Of a DNA stretch of 64,000 nt, positions 1-9,904 are shown in pieces. The notes beneath the pieces are model-generated. The model ran no database searches. It saw nothing but the letters and a program-made list of their open reading frames with translations, and was not told where the DNA came from. The position numbers were made by a program, and so were the translations under genes. Source of the stretch: Candidatus Acidiferrales bacterium (lineage in GTDB: Bacteria; Acidobacteriota; Terriglobia; Acidiferrales; UBA7541); NCBI GenBank assembly GCA_035307965.1, contig DATGHO010000038.1:9904-73903 (forward strand), read 5' to 3'. Position 1 is the stretch's first letter, and the number at the start of each line of letters is the position of its first letter.

Positions 1-155
1 GGGGCGCGGTGGTTTTTGTTCTGACGCTGCTCTGTGGCCACCGCCAGACGCGCGATTCGCTGCTGGGGCACGGAAAGGCCCTCAGCCTGATCAGCCTCTG
101 CGCTCTGATCGCGGTGCTCTCGCTTACACTAGTTGGCTGGTCGCTCACTTACTGA
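1..155 (+). CDS. 3' end of an ORF truncated by the window edge (hydrophobic C-terminus, membrane protein fragment)
   Basis: The frame is open from position 3 to the TGA at 153-155 and reads GAVVFVLTLLCGH...LISLCALIAVLSLTLVGWSLTY. It is absent from the ORF track because no start lies in the window. Confidence 0.3.
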   Translation, partial: GAVVFVLTLLCGHRQTRDSLLGHGKALSLISLCALIAVLSLTLVGWSLTY

Positions 156-185
156 ACAGATGGTCTTTTGCTGAGTAATTGACTG

Positions 186-1262
186 CTAGGGTGCTTCGAT
201 CAAATGTGTCTGATTCTCTGCCCGATTGTCTGATTGTCCATTCAATAGCACACGATTGTCCGCCGCCGAAGCCGCGCCTGCTTGCGTCCAAGCAAAACGC
301 GTCGCCAGCGAGCCAGCCACTGAGGAAGCCGCCGCGATCTTCCTCAGCTTCATGCTTCGTTCTTTGTCGCCGCCGAGCGCCAGCAGCCGCAGAACCAACG
401 GCACCGGCCCCGCGAGCAATCCGCCCAAGCGCGTCAGCCAGCCGCTTCGTCCAGATTTCAGCGGTTTCAGCGCCGGATTCCTGCGCAGCTCGAGGGAAGC
501 GCCAACCGCCGTCTCCGCCAGCGCCGTAGCGATGCCAACGGCGTCCAACGCTGGCGCCTGATGCCCTCGCAATTCGAGTAAAGCTCCCGCCGCAGCCAGT
601 CCGGAAGTAGCAAAATGCGCAGGCAGTATCTTCGCGTTTTGATTCCACACAGGAATCGCCGTCGCGCCCAGCAGAACCCCCGTGTACGTCAGCAAAACCG
701 CCCCGGTGATGGTGGATATGAACTGGCTGGCGCTCTCCAAAATTTTGATGGGCATGGAACTCGAATTTCGGCGCTGCCATGCGCTGAGGAACGCCGCAGC
801 CATTGCGCTGCTCGAAAACGCCACCAATGTCCAGGAGCCAACCGACATGGGGCTCTGAACCTTGAAAACGCGCAGCATGTTCAAAAAACGCGACGGCATT
901 CCCAGGTCGGCGATCAGCAGAGCAGGCGAGATAGTTCCGGCAATCGCCGCCAAATACCGCCCATCCCGAATGAGCCGCTCATCAGCTCCGGTCAATTGAG
1001 CCACGCTCGCCAGTATGGCTGCAGCTCCCGCCGCTCCGCCGCAGAAAAAGTACAGCGGAACTTCCTTAGTCCATTGCGGCTTTTTGAGAATGGGCAGACC
1101 GTAGTAGCCCGTTTCCGGCGGCGCCTGCGGCATCAAAGCAGTGTCTTTAGAAAACGTTGCCAATCCAGTGCGTTGCGCTTCTCGCCGGATCTGCTGCAGC
1201 CGCGCTTCACGCAAATCACGCGCAACGGGCGACTGTTCGAGCCTATCAGGTGCTTTTCTCAT
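186..1262 (-). CDS. NrfD/PsrC-type integral membrane subunit of the formate dehydrogenase complex
   Basis: The protein has multiple hydrophobic helices. Its ATG (1262-1260) overlaps the TGA of the upstream Fe-S subunit (ATGA), indicating an operon. The 25 codons upstream in the track ORF were rejected as an extension. Confidence 0.75.
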   Translation of the reverse strand: MRKAPDRLEQSPVARDLREARLQQIRREAQRTGLATFSKDTALMPQAPPETGYYGLPILKKPQWTKEVPLYFFCGGAAGAAAILASVAQLTGADERLIRDGRYLAAIAGTISPALLIADLGMPSRFLNMLRVFKVQSPMSVGSWTLVAFSSSAMAAAFLSAWQRRNSSSMPIKILESASQFISTITGAVLLTYTGVLLGATAIPVWNQNAKILPAHFATSGLAAAGALLELRGHQAPALDAVGIATALAETAVGASLELRRNPALKPLKSGRSGWLTRLGGLLAGPVPLVLRLLALGGDKERSMKLRKIAAASSVAGSLATRFAWTQAGAASAADNRVLLNGQSDNRAENQTHLIEAP

Positions 1263-2041
1263 CGCTCGCGCCCTCCCCAAAACGCGAGAAATGCGCCCGC
1301 TATAACCAAAGCTCCTGAGACTGCGGCAGAAGTCCATCCCTTGCGCAGGTAAATTGTGGGAACTTCAGGCTGCGGCGGCAGATTGTAGCTGCGCGGATCG
1401 CCGCGCGTGATGAATATCGCGTGAGTTCCGCCAACGCTCGAATCCACTGGGTCATACAAATGCGCGTCGGTGAAGCCCATGCCCTCCAACTCTGCCATTC
1501 GCTCTTGCGCTTTCGCTCGCAAGTCATCAAATTCGCCAAATTTAATGGATTCCGTGGGGCACGCTGTGGCGCACGCGGGTTGCAGCCCTTCCCGCTGACG
1601 GTCATAGCAGAACGTGCATTTGAACGCGCGACCGTCCTCCTCGTCGCGTTCCACCACGCCAAACGGGCACGCCACCACGCAATACGAGCAGCCGTTGCAT
1701 ACATCTGGCTGGATGAAAACGCCGCCGAATTCTGTGCGAACAATTGCGCCCGTCGGGCATGCCTCCAGGCATCCGGCATTTTCGCAATGCTTACAAACAT
1801 CCGAGGAAAAGCCCCACGAAAACGCCTCGGGAGAATTGCCGCCAAGTCCCGGCGTGACGCCATTCTCGACAAATTTCACATGGCGCCAGGTCGCGTGCCC
1901 TAGCGCGCCGGTATTGTCATAGGAATTTCCGCTCCAAACGAAACCGTCGCCGGGGACCTGATTCCATTCCTTGCACGCCACTTCGCAGGCCTTGCAGCCA
2001 ATGCACAGCGTCGAATCCGTCAGAAAGGCGGTTACGCTCAT
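1259..2041 (-). CDS. Formate dehydrogenase iron-sulfur (beta) subunit, 4x[4Fe-4S] ferredoxin type with C-terminal TM anchor
   Basis: The N-terminus reads MSVTAFLTDSTLCIGCKACEVACKEWN and several CxxCxxCxxxCP clusters follow. The tail is hydrophobic (AAVSGALVIAGAFLAFWGG). An ATGA overlap joins it to the alpha subunit stop. Confidence 0.9.
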   Translation of the reverse strand: MSVTAFLTDSTLCIGCKACEVACKEWNQVPGDGFVWSGNSYDNTGALGHATWRHVKFVENGVTPGLGGNSPEAFSWGFSSDVCKHCENAGCLEACPTGAIVRTEFGGVFIQPDVCNGCSYCVVACPFGVVERDEEDGRAFKCTFCYDRQREGLQPACATACPTESIKFGEFDDLRAKAQERMAELEGMGFTDAHLYDPVDSSVGGTHAIFITRGDPRSYNLPPQPEVPTIYLRKGWTSAAVSGALVIAGAFLAFWGGRER

Positions 2042-5000
2042 GATATTTTGCCTTCGGCCGCCTGGCGCTCACTCTTGGCAGCACGGCCCTTGGCTTCCGC
2101 TCGCAGCGGTCCGCGCTGCTTGCCGCGGAATACGTTGCACAGCAGCGCCTTTGTTTCCATGATGCGCACGTTCGGCTCTTCCGACATAGCGATCAAATCG
2201 TTGACCACGTCGCCCTTCACCAAGCCTTTATAGCCCCAATGGTACGGCAGCCCCACTTGATGAACTACTTTCCCGTCTAGATGGATAGGCCGCACGCGTT
2301 CCGTCACCAGCGCGCGCGCATGAATGAAACTTCTCGCGGTGGCCACTGTCGCCCAATCGCCATTCTCGATTTCCAGTTCGCGAGCAAGCTCCGGCGAGAT
2401 CTCGCAGAAAAGTTCCGGCTGCAGCTCTGACAAATGCGCCAAGTAACGCGACATCCCGCCCGCGGTGTGATGCTCGGTGAGCCGATAGGTGGTCAGGACG
2501 AAAGGAAAGCGAGGGTCAGGAGAATTCGCATAAGGATTTTCCGCATTCTCCATTTTTTTTGCCGCGGGATTGACGCCGTACTTCGCATAAAGCTGATTTT
2601 CGACCGGTGTTTCCAACGGCTCATAATGCGTGGGCAGCGGTCCATCTTTCAGTCCGCTGGGAACCCAAATCCACCCAAATCCGTCAGGATGCATGATGAA
2701 CGGCTTGTCGCCTCCAAGCGCGTCATCGCCCTTCGCGTTTTTCGGAGGCCGGTAATCGGGAGCTTTTGTCTTAGTAAAATCGGGAACATCATATCCGGTC
2801 CACTCGTTTTTTTGCCCATCCCACCAAATGAGCTTCTTGCGTTCGCTCCACGGCCGGCCATCGGGACGCGCGGAGGCGCGATTATAGAGAATGCGCCGGT
2901 CGCTCGGCCATGCGAAGCCCCAGCCGTGCCCATAACGGCCTTTCGGTTCCCGCTTGCGGGCCTTATTTTCATTCGGCTTCGGAAAAACACCCGAGTAAAT
3001 CCAGCAGCCGCACGCCGTGGATCCATCCGCTTTCAAATCCTTATAACCGGAGACGAGTTTACGGTCCGCCGTGGTCCAACCGTTTATTTCCTTCAATATC
3101 TCTTCTGCGTCTGGCTCAGCGATTTCGCCTTCGACAGGGTAGTCCCATGTAAGGGCGTTCAATCCCGCGTTGCGCAGCACGGGATGAGCGCGAGCCTTTT
3201 CCTTCAATCGCCGGCCCAAATGGTAAATGAACCATGTTTCGCTGCGTGCTTCGCCGGGCGGCTGGACGGCCTGCTCGTGAAATTGCACCAGGCGTTGCGT
3301 GTTGGTGAAACAGCCGTTCTTTTCCGCATGTCCGGCAGCCGGAAAGAAAAATACCTCGGTGTCGATGTCTTCAGTATGCAGCTCGCCGCGCGAAATCTCC
3401 GGAGAATCCAGCCAGAACGAAGCCGTTTCCGTCTCCACCATATCCCGCACCACCAGCCATTTCAGTTTAGCCAGCGCTTTTCTTTCCAATCCGGAATTCG
3501 GCGCGCCGACCGCCGGGTTCTGTCCCATCACAAAGAGCCCCTCGACTCTGCCCTGATTCATCTCCATCCAATAGCCCTGGTGAGAATGATCGCCGCTCAC
3601 TCGCGGCAGCCAATCAAAGCCGTAATCATTCTCCTTTGTCGCCGCCTCGCCGTAATAGGCTTTCAATAAGCTGACCGCATATTTGTCGAAATTCGACCAC
3701 CAGCCCGCGCTGGTCTTATGCTTGTCCAAATAGTCGTTGAATGAATTCGCATCCGCTTCGAAAAACGGCATCGGCAGGTAACCGGGCAAAATATCGTAGA
3801 GCGTCGGAATGTCCGTCGAGCCTTGAATCGACGCGTGTCCGCGCAACGCCAAAATCCCGCCGCCGGGCCGCCCGATATTGCCAAGCAGCATCTGCAGAAT
3901 TGCTGCGCTGCGAATGATCTGCACTCCGTCGGAATGTTGCGTCCAGCCGACCGCGTAACATATGGCGGCAGTTTTTTCCGGCCCTGACGCCGAGCAGAAT
4001 GTCTGCGCGAGCTGCTCAAAAACTTCCCGCGAAATTCCGCATGCTTGCTCAACCATCTCCGGCGTGTAGCGCGAGAAATGCCGCTTCAACACTTGATACA
4101 CGCAGCGCGGATTTTGCAGCGAGAGATCCGGCGTGTAGATATTTTCTTGCGATTTTTCGCCGCCGCGATCTTTCGCGTGCCCGCCATGTCCTGGTTCAGC
4201 ATCCGATTCCGTGGGCGAATCTTTGTACGACCACGTTTCGACGTTGTATTCCTTCTTTTCCGCGTCCCAGCCCGAAAATACGCCATCCAGATCCTCGGTA
4301 TCTTTGAGATCGTCCCGAAGAATCACCGAGGCGTTCGTGTAATGCAGGACGTATTCGCGAAAGTCGAGATTGTTTTCGAGAACGTAGCGAATCAGCGCGC
4401 CCAGCAGCACAATATCGCTTCCGGCGCGCAGCGGAACCCACATGTCCGCCATCGCTGAAGTGCGCGTAAACCGCGGGTCAACGTGAATGATCTTCGCGCC
4501 CTTGTTTCGCGCTTCGATCACCCATTGGAATCCCACCGGGTGATTCTCGGCCATCGACGAGCCCATAATTAGAATCGCGTCGGAATTCGCGAGGTCTTGC
4601 TGCGCCGTGGTTGCGCCGCCGCGTCCGAAGGAGGTGCCCAGACCGGGCACCGTCGAGCTATGTCATATGCGCGCCTGATTACTGACGCACACCATGCCCA
4701 GGCCAGCGGTGAACAGCTTCTTGATTAAGTAATTTTCTTCGTTGTCGAGAGTTGCGCCGCCAAGATGAGCGATGGCTGTGGTGCTCATCAGCGTGTGACC
4801 ATCCTTCTTCTCGACGAACGTTCGCTCGCGAGACTGCCAGACACGCTCCGCCACCATATCCATCGCTTTTTCCAACGAGATCTCTTCCCATTTTGTCCCG
4901 CGAGGCTGGCGGTACAGCACTTTGGTCGCGCGCTGCGGATGCGTGAGGAGCTCGTAGCTCGCCGCGCCTTTCGGGCACAGATGCCCGCGCGATATGGGAG

Positions 5001-5220
5001 ATTCGGGGTCGCCTTCGATGGAGACGAGCTTTCCGTCGCGGTGAAAAATCAGTTGTCCGCAGCCGACGCCGCAGTACGGGCAAATCGAGCGCGATTTTTG
5101 CGCGCCATGCTTCTTCGTCCGCAGCGATTGCGTTCGCGGACTCATCGCTTCGGGGCCTGTGCCGTCGCCGCCGCTGACCAACTGGCGCAAAAGAGGCCAT
5201 CTTAAAAGTGCGTTTTTCAT
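2038..5220 (-). CDS. fdhA: Formate dehydrogenase alpha subunit (Mo/W-bis-PGD), selenocysteine-containing; 1060 codons with UGA-Sec at 4665-4663
   Basis: Track ORFs 4663..5220 and 2038..4650 share one frame: ...VSNQARI-TGA-HSSTVPGLGTSFGRGG... An N-terminal CxxCxxxC (CPYCGVGCG) Fe-S motif is present. A SECIS-like hairpin lies 11 nt after the UGA. Confidence 0.9.
4633..4651 (-). promoter_or_regulatory. SECIS-like stem-loop for the fdhA UGA
   Basis: The mRNA reads GGUGCCC GGUCU GGGCACC, a perfect 7-bp stem with a 5-nt GGUCU loop. It begins 11 nt 3' of the UGA. Confidence 0.75.
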
Positions 5221-5559
5221 CGGACTCGCCCCTTTGCCGTGGTTAGGACCTGCGCAGCAATCCTAGCGCTTCTAATCCAACTGTCCAATGGCGCGCACCC
5301 TGTAAAACTATTGGAAAAAATGTGTACCCGGGCCAGCCACTAATTTGTTTCGGGCAATCGTGTCACGAGCCAGCGGCAATCGTCAAACGCCCAATTATCC
5401 CCTACCAGTTATTTTGGATGATATTCGGGTTATGCGGGTATTTGCGCGCCTCCGTTCAAACCGCAATATTTCCGCTGAGGCTCAGGTCCGTTCTCGAGCA
5501 TCTTCTAAGCGGCCAGATTGCGCTGAACAGCCAGAACTTTTCAAAGCGACGAACTCGTC

Positions 5560-6169
5560 ATGCGTGGCAAATTTTCCTTCGTTCTCAGCTGGATCTCCCA
5601 ATGGATTCTTTGGCTGGCTTTCGCAAATAACGCGGGCCGGCGAGAGGCACTTATCGGAGCCGTCGCCTCGGCCATTGCTACGCTTGCGGTCGCCGTTTTC
5701 CTCCATCATACGCGCGATCGTTTCATTCTCCGGACTCGTTATCTCTACCAGATTGTTCACGCGCCACAGATTGTCTTTTCAGGCACTTGGATCTTGCTTC
5801 GGGCGATTGCATTGCGTTTGCGAGGACGCAACGTGCCGGGAGGCGTCGCTGCGGTTCGCTTTCGGATTGGCGGAGGCACGCCTTCGTCCCGCGGGCTCAA
5901 AGCAAAATCCATTTGACCTGCGCGACGCGCCCCTCCAATCCACCTGGTGGACGCGGATCGTGGTCGTCTTTGGGATGTTTGGCATTGCGGCGCTGGGATT
6001 GTTCCCGCGCTCTCGCGTGGCCAGCATTTCAAAAGGTCTGGCGGCCATCGTCGCCGCGCCATTGAAACTTCTTCGGCCATTGCAGAGCGGCCGCGTCGGT
6101 GATTACGTCGCGTGGTTTGCCTTCGGCATCGCCGCCTACGGAGGCATTCTGCTCTTCCTGATGCGCTGA
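5560..6169 (+). other. Possible small membrane-protein ORFs or a frameshifted remnant (5560..5916, then about 5960..6169 in another frame)
   Basis: Both pieces translate to hydrophobic helices (SWISQWILWLAF...ATLAVAVFL; VVVFGMFGIAALGLF...DYVAWFAFGIAAYGGILLFLMR). There is no clean single gene model and no recognisable motif. Confidence 0.25.
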
Positions 6170-6319
6170 CTTAGCGGTCTTCCCGTTAGCCGGCCATCAT
6201 CATCTTGCAGGTTCCTTTCTGCGCACACCGCCGAATCGCCAAGCTAACTCGTGCCGACTGCGCCGCATCGAATAGGGGAATCGGCAGGGGATTGCAACGG
6301 CAGTCGCACGGGAGGTTTC

Positions 6320-6916
6320 ATGCGGAACACAAAATGCTGCGCCGTCTGGGTTTGCCAGCTTGCCGTGATGGTTTGCCTTTTTGCTTTTCTTGTGCCGGCG
6401 CGCGCCCAAGCGCAGGCTAAAATCGAGCTTTTCGGCGGCTTTTCCTACGTGCGTGGCGACGTCCGTTCAGTCGAACTGGTGCCTGGGCCACCGCCTGCGT
6501 TCGTCACCCAGCATCCCAATTTGCCCGGCTGGGAATTCTCCGGCGCATACAAATTCTTCCCATTCTTGAGCGGCAATCTCGATTTCGGCGAGCAGTACGG
6601 CAAATTGAATGGCGGCAACGTCCGCCTGAAGACGTATTTATTCGGCCCGCAACTCGCTTTGCCCGGCCCTGTTTCGCCGTTTGTCCACGCGGAATTCGGT
6701 TTCGCCCACCAGTCCGTAGGAACTTTCACAAACACGGCGTTTGTAAGCCCCGGCACCGACACCTCTTTTGCAACTGCCCTCGGCGGAGGTCTGGATATCG
6801 CCGCCGTTCCTTTTTTCGCCATACGCCTGATTCAAATCGATTATTTGAGGACCAGCCTCTATCATCAAACGCAAAGTGAGCCGCGCGTCTCCGCCGGCAT
6901 CGTCTTCCGCTTTTAG
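6320..6916 (+). CDS. Outer-membrane beta-barrel protein (OmpA-like/porin-family small barrel)
   Basis: GGAGG lies 5 nt before the ATG at 6320. The signal peptide is MRNTKCCAVWVCQLAVMVCLFAFLVPARAQA. The sequence shows an alternating beta-strand pattern and a terminal ...GIVFRF aromatic residue. Confidence 0.8.
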   Translation: MRNTKCCAVWVCQLAVMVCLFAFLVPARAQAQAKIELFGGFSYVRGDVRSVELVPGPPPAFVTQHPNLPGWEFSGAYKFFPFLSGNLDFGEQYGKLNGGNVRLKTYLFGPQLALPGPVSPFVHAEFGFAHQSVGTFTNTAFVSPGTDTSFATALGGGLDIAAVPFFAIRLIQIDYLRTSLYHQTQSEPRVSAGIVFRF

Positions 6917-6932
6917 CCGAATGTAACGGCGT

Positions 6933-7274
6933 CTAGGCGTGTACCGCTCCGCGCTCGATCGGCAAGCCCGCGGCGATCCAGTCCGACTTGCCTTCGGCGT
7001 AATCTCTAACGTTTTTGTAGCCCATTTCCGCCAAGTCCTTGGCGGCTTTTTCCGAAGCGTGTCATGTGGGACTGGCGCAATACACCACAATTTCCGCGTC
7101 CTTCTCCGGAGCCAAGTCCGGCGCCATCTCCCGCAGCTTATCGAGCGGCACATTGACCGCTCCCGGCAAATGTCCTTGCTCGTACGCGGCGGGCGCAAGC
7201 GTCTCCAACAGCAGAAAATCGTCTTTGCGCTCCATTTTCCGCTTCAGTTCGTCCCGGCTGATTGTTCCCGTCAT
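6933..7274 (-). CDS. Single-domain rhodanese-like sulfurtransferase with in-frame UGA (candidate selenoprotein, 113 codons, UGA = codon 71)
   Basis: The track ORF 7062..7274 ends ...[10 protein letters not shown] at a TGA. The same frame continues [42 protein letters not shown] to the TAG at 6935-6933. This is the normal C-terminal third of a rhodanese domain. The UGA sits where relatives carry Cys (YCxxxxCxxS). Confidence 0.65.
7028..7045 (-). promoter_or_regulatory. SECIS-like hairpin downstream of the rhodanese UGA
   Basis: The mRNA reads CCGCCAA GGAC UUGGCGG, a perfect 7-bp stem with a G-rich tetraloop. It starts 16 nt after the UGA. Confidence 0.5.
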
Positions 7275-7341
7275 AAAAATTTACCTCTGCTCCTCGGATG
7301 CGCCGCATTCCGCAAAAGTCGCAGTTCCGCGAAGAGGGAAT

Positions 7342-8424
7342 TCAGCGTTGTGGCTGCAAAATCAATTTCTGCACGCGCCAGTTCAGCAACTCTGCCACAA
7401 AAAGCACATTTTCCGAGGGACAGGCGATCTCATGTATCCAGCCAAACTGCTTGAGCTGCTTGCCTGATTCACCCAGCATCCCCAGCACTTTTCCATCGAG
7501 CGTCAGCTTGTAAATTCTTCCCGGATACGCATCCGAGCTATAAAGCACCTGATGGGGAGGCGGCGTAATACAAATCGCCCACGGCGCTCCGGACGCCATT
7601 GTGCCTTTCAACGCCGCAGGATTCGCCGGCATATTGCCAATCGCCGGACGCGCATTCGGCGGCGCGGGCACGTCAATCGTAATCTGGCGCAGAAATTTCC
7701 CGTCGCCGTCGAACACCTGAATTCTCCGATTGCCGCGGTCCGCCACGTAAACCTCGCCGCGCGCATCCACCGCAATACTGTGCGGCGTGTTGAACTTGCC
7801 CGGCCCGGTCCCCGGCTCGCCCCAGAACATCAGCCAGTTGCCATTCTTGTCCACTTTCGCCACGCGCGAATTGATGTAGCCGTCGCTGATGTAAATGTTG
7901 CCCTGCGCGTCCCACGCCACGTCCGTCACTTGCCGGAACATTCCGTCCACCGGCGGCAACGGCGGGTGCAGATGCTTCAGCGGCCCGGTATGTTCGTCCG
8001 CCGCTTCCTGCTTCCGCCCGAAAACCATCACCACGCGTCCTTGCGGATCGAACTTGATGACCATGTCCGATCCTTTGTCGGTAGCCCAAATGTTGTCCTC
8101 GGGATCCACTTTCACCGTATGCGCGAACGACCACGCGTACAAATTATGGCCAATCTCGCGCATGTAATTTCCATGCGCATCGAATTCCAGAAGTTGCGCT
8201 GCCGCCGCGCCGTACGCTGGCCCCGTCGTGTTGCCCCGCGAAAACACGAACACGTCGCCTTTCGAATTCACCGCCACGCCGGAAACTTCGCCGAGGTACA
8301 AATTCGGCGGCAATTTAAGAAAGTTCGGCGCAGAGCGATAGGGAATTTCTGGCGGCAGAGCGTCTTGCGCATAAACAGCCGTCGCGAGAAATGCCAGCAG
8401 CACGAGACAAGCGTAGCGCTTCAT
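7342..8424 (-). CDS. Secreted NHL-repeat / six-bladed beta-propeller protein (peptidyl-alpha-hydroxyglycine lyase-like fold)
   Basis: The signal peptide is MKRYACLVLLAFLATAVYAQ. Repeated blades of the form ...G.V.VAD..N.RI..F... are visible. Confidence 0.75.
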   Translation of the reverse strand: MKRYACLVLLAFLATAVYAQDALPPEIPYRSAPNFLKLPPNLYLGEVSGVAVNSKGDVFVFSRGNTTGPAYGAAAAQLLEFDAHGNYMREIGHNLYAWSFAHTVKVDPEDNIWATDKGSDMVIKFDPQGRVVMVFGRKQEAADEHTGPLKHLHPPLPPVDGMFRQVTDVAWDAQGNIYISDGYINSRVAKVDKNGNWLMFWGEPGTGPGKFNTPHSIAVDARGEVYVADRGNRRIQVFDGDGKFLRQITIDVPAPPNARPAIGNMPANPAALKGTMASGAPWAICITPPPHQVLYSSDAYPGRIYKLTLDGKVLGMLGESGKQLKQFGWIHEIACPSENVLFVAELLNWRVQKLILQPQR

Positions 8425-8487
8425 AAAGTTTCCTCCACGCGAAAAACAATTGCGAAATGTCGCCCTCGAACCCGAAAGTTCAGCGGA

Positions 8488-9759
8488 TTATTTTTTCGCC
8501 GGCATTCCTTGCAGCAGCGCCTCCGCTGCGGCGTGGCCCATTGCTTTGTATCCCGCGTCGCCGGGATGCAAATGATCGCCCGAATCGTCCGCGGGCAAGA
8601 AGCGTTTCGGCTGCGCCGGATCGCGCGTGACTTTGTCGAAGTCAATCACGCCATCGAAGGCGCCGCTGGTGCGTATCCAATGGTTCACGGCTTCGCGCTC
8701 CGCCTCGCCATCCGCCGTTTCGTAGAATGCGCCCTCGAAAGGCGTCAGCGTTGCGCCAAAAACGCGAATGCCATGCGCATGCGCGCGCTCCGCAATTTGC
8801 CGCAGCGCCGCGATGATTTCCTCAGCGCTCACGGCATCTCCCGCGTACTTTCCGCCAAGAATATGCGGCCATCCAATGTCGTTGATTCCTTCGAGAACAA
8901 TCAGGTATTTCACGCCATCCTGCGACAGCACGTCCGCATCAAAACGCGCCAGCGCATTCATCCCAGCCACATCATGCAGCAGTCGGTTGCCGGAAATTCC
9001 TTCGTTCAAAACGCTCAAGGCCGCGCCATTCTTCGCAAACTCATCCGCCAGCACGTCCGGCCAGCGATGATTCGCATCGAGCGTCGAAGCAGCCCCGTCG
9101 GTGATCGAATCGCCCAGCGTGACTACTGCCGCGGTGCGCGCGCTTGCCAGCACTTCAATGCCACTGAGCCAATACCATGAATGCATCGTCCTCGCGGCAG
9201 CCATATTTGTGGTCGCCGTGAAGTTGCCCGCGCTGGAAATGTACGTTGTCTGCCGCGCCAGCGCGTGCCACGTCGCCGGGCCCGTCGCGTTTGGCACGAA
9301 AATGCTTACCGCCACAGCTGTCAGCGGCTTTATATCGAGACGCACCGGATCGCTCATCACCTCAGCGCCCGGCGGAATCACAAATGTTTTTTCGCCGCTG
9401 AACGTCAACTGCCGGTCCGTTCCCGCCACAATCTCCGCGCCCTTGCCCGCGAGCGCGATATGCGCATCGCCAATCTCTACGGGCGCCGTTCCGTACTCAT
9501 TCGACAGCCGTACACGCACCTGTTTGCCGCCGATGCTGACCCGCGCAATCATGCGCACCGTCTGATTATTGAATCCCTCATCCGACTCAGGAATGCCATT
9601 CCCGCCCTCCGGCATTTGCGGTGACGCCGCCCACGTGCCCACCCAATGCTTCGCACTCGTTTGCCTCTGTGCCGCCGCGAAGCCCGGAAGAAGTGCAAAT
9701 ATCACAAAAAATATCGCGAATCGCCCTTGATTCTTTATTGCGCGGAAAGCCGCATCCAT
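8488..9759 (-). CDS. Secreted SGNH/GDSL-family hydrolase
   Basis: A GDSITDG block I motif is present, together with GINDIG and DxxH-like (DHLHP) C-terminal motifs. The start was set at the ATG at 9759, preceded by GGAGG. The signal-like segment is FAIFFVIFALLPGFAAAQ. Confidence 0.8.
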   Translation of the reverse strand: MDAAFRAIKNQGRFAIFFVIFALLPGFAAAQRQTSAKHWVGTWAASPQMPEGGNGIPESDEGFNNQTVRMIARVSIGGKQVRVRLSNEYGTAPVEIGDAHIALAGKGAEIVAGTDRQLTFSGEKTFVIPPGAEVMSDPVRLDIKPLTAVAVSIFVPNATGPATWHALARQTTYISSAGNFTATTNMAAARTMHSWYWLSGIEVLASARTAAVVTLGDSITDGAASTLDANHRWPDVLADEFAKNGAALSVLNEGISGNRLLHDVAGMNALARFDADVLSQDGVKYLIVLEGINDIGWPHILGGKYAGDAVSAEEIIAALRQIAERAHAHGIRVFGATLTPFEGAFYETADGEAEREAVNHWIRTSGAFDGVIDFDKVTRDPAQPKRFLPADDSGDHLHPGDAGYKAMGHAAAEALLQGMPAKK

Positions 9760-9904
9760 AATTGCCTCCAAACTTCGCGAAGTATACACGCACTCGGGAA
9801 ATCCTGGCGCGGCTTTCCGCGCACAGCCTTTCGCTCTATATTCGCCATATCGTTTCAGCACATAGCTTGGCCTCTTTGCCCAACACATGTAAAATTATCA
9901 AGCT

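Noticed and set aside
4663-4665. The TGA between the 185-aa and 870-aa formate dehydrogenase ORFs could be a genuine stop, implying a split or pseudogenised gene.
   Set aside because: The frame is continuous, the position matches the Sec/Cys active-site context, and a SECIS-type hairpin sits 11 nt downstream. It was called as Sec.
5345-6169. A single 274-aa protein.
   Set aside because: The N-terminal two-thirds is not protein-like and overlaps a more hydrophobic ORF in another frame. It is kept only as a low-confidence region.
7552-9180. A 542-aa plus-strand ORF (Arg/His-rich).
   Set aside because: It lies antisense to two well-supported genes (NHL propeller and SGNH hydrolase). Its composition is typical of a GC-rich shadow frame and no motifs are present.
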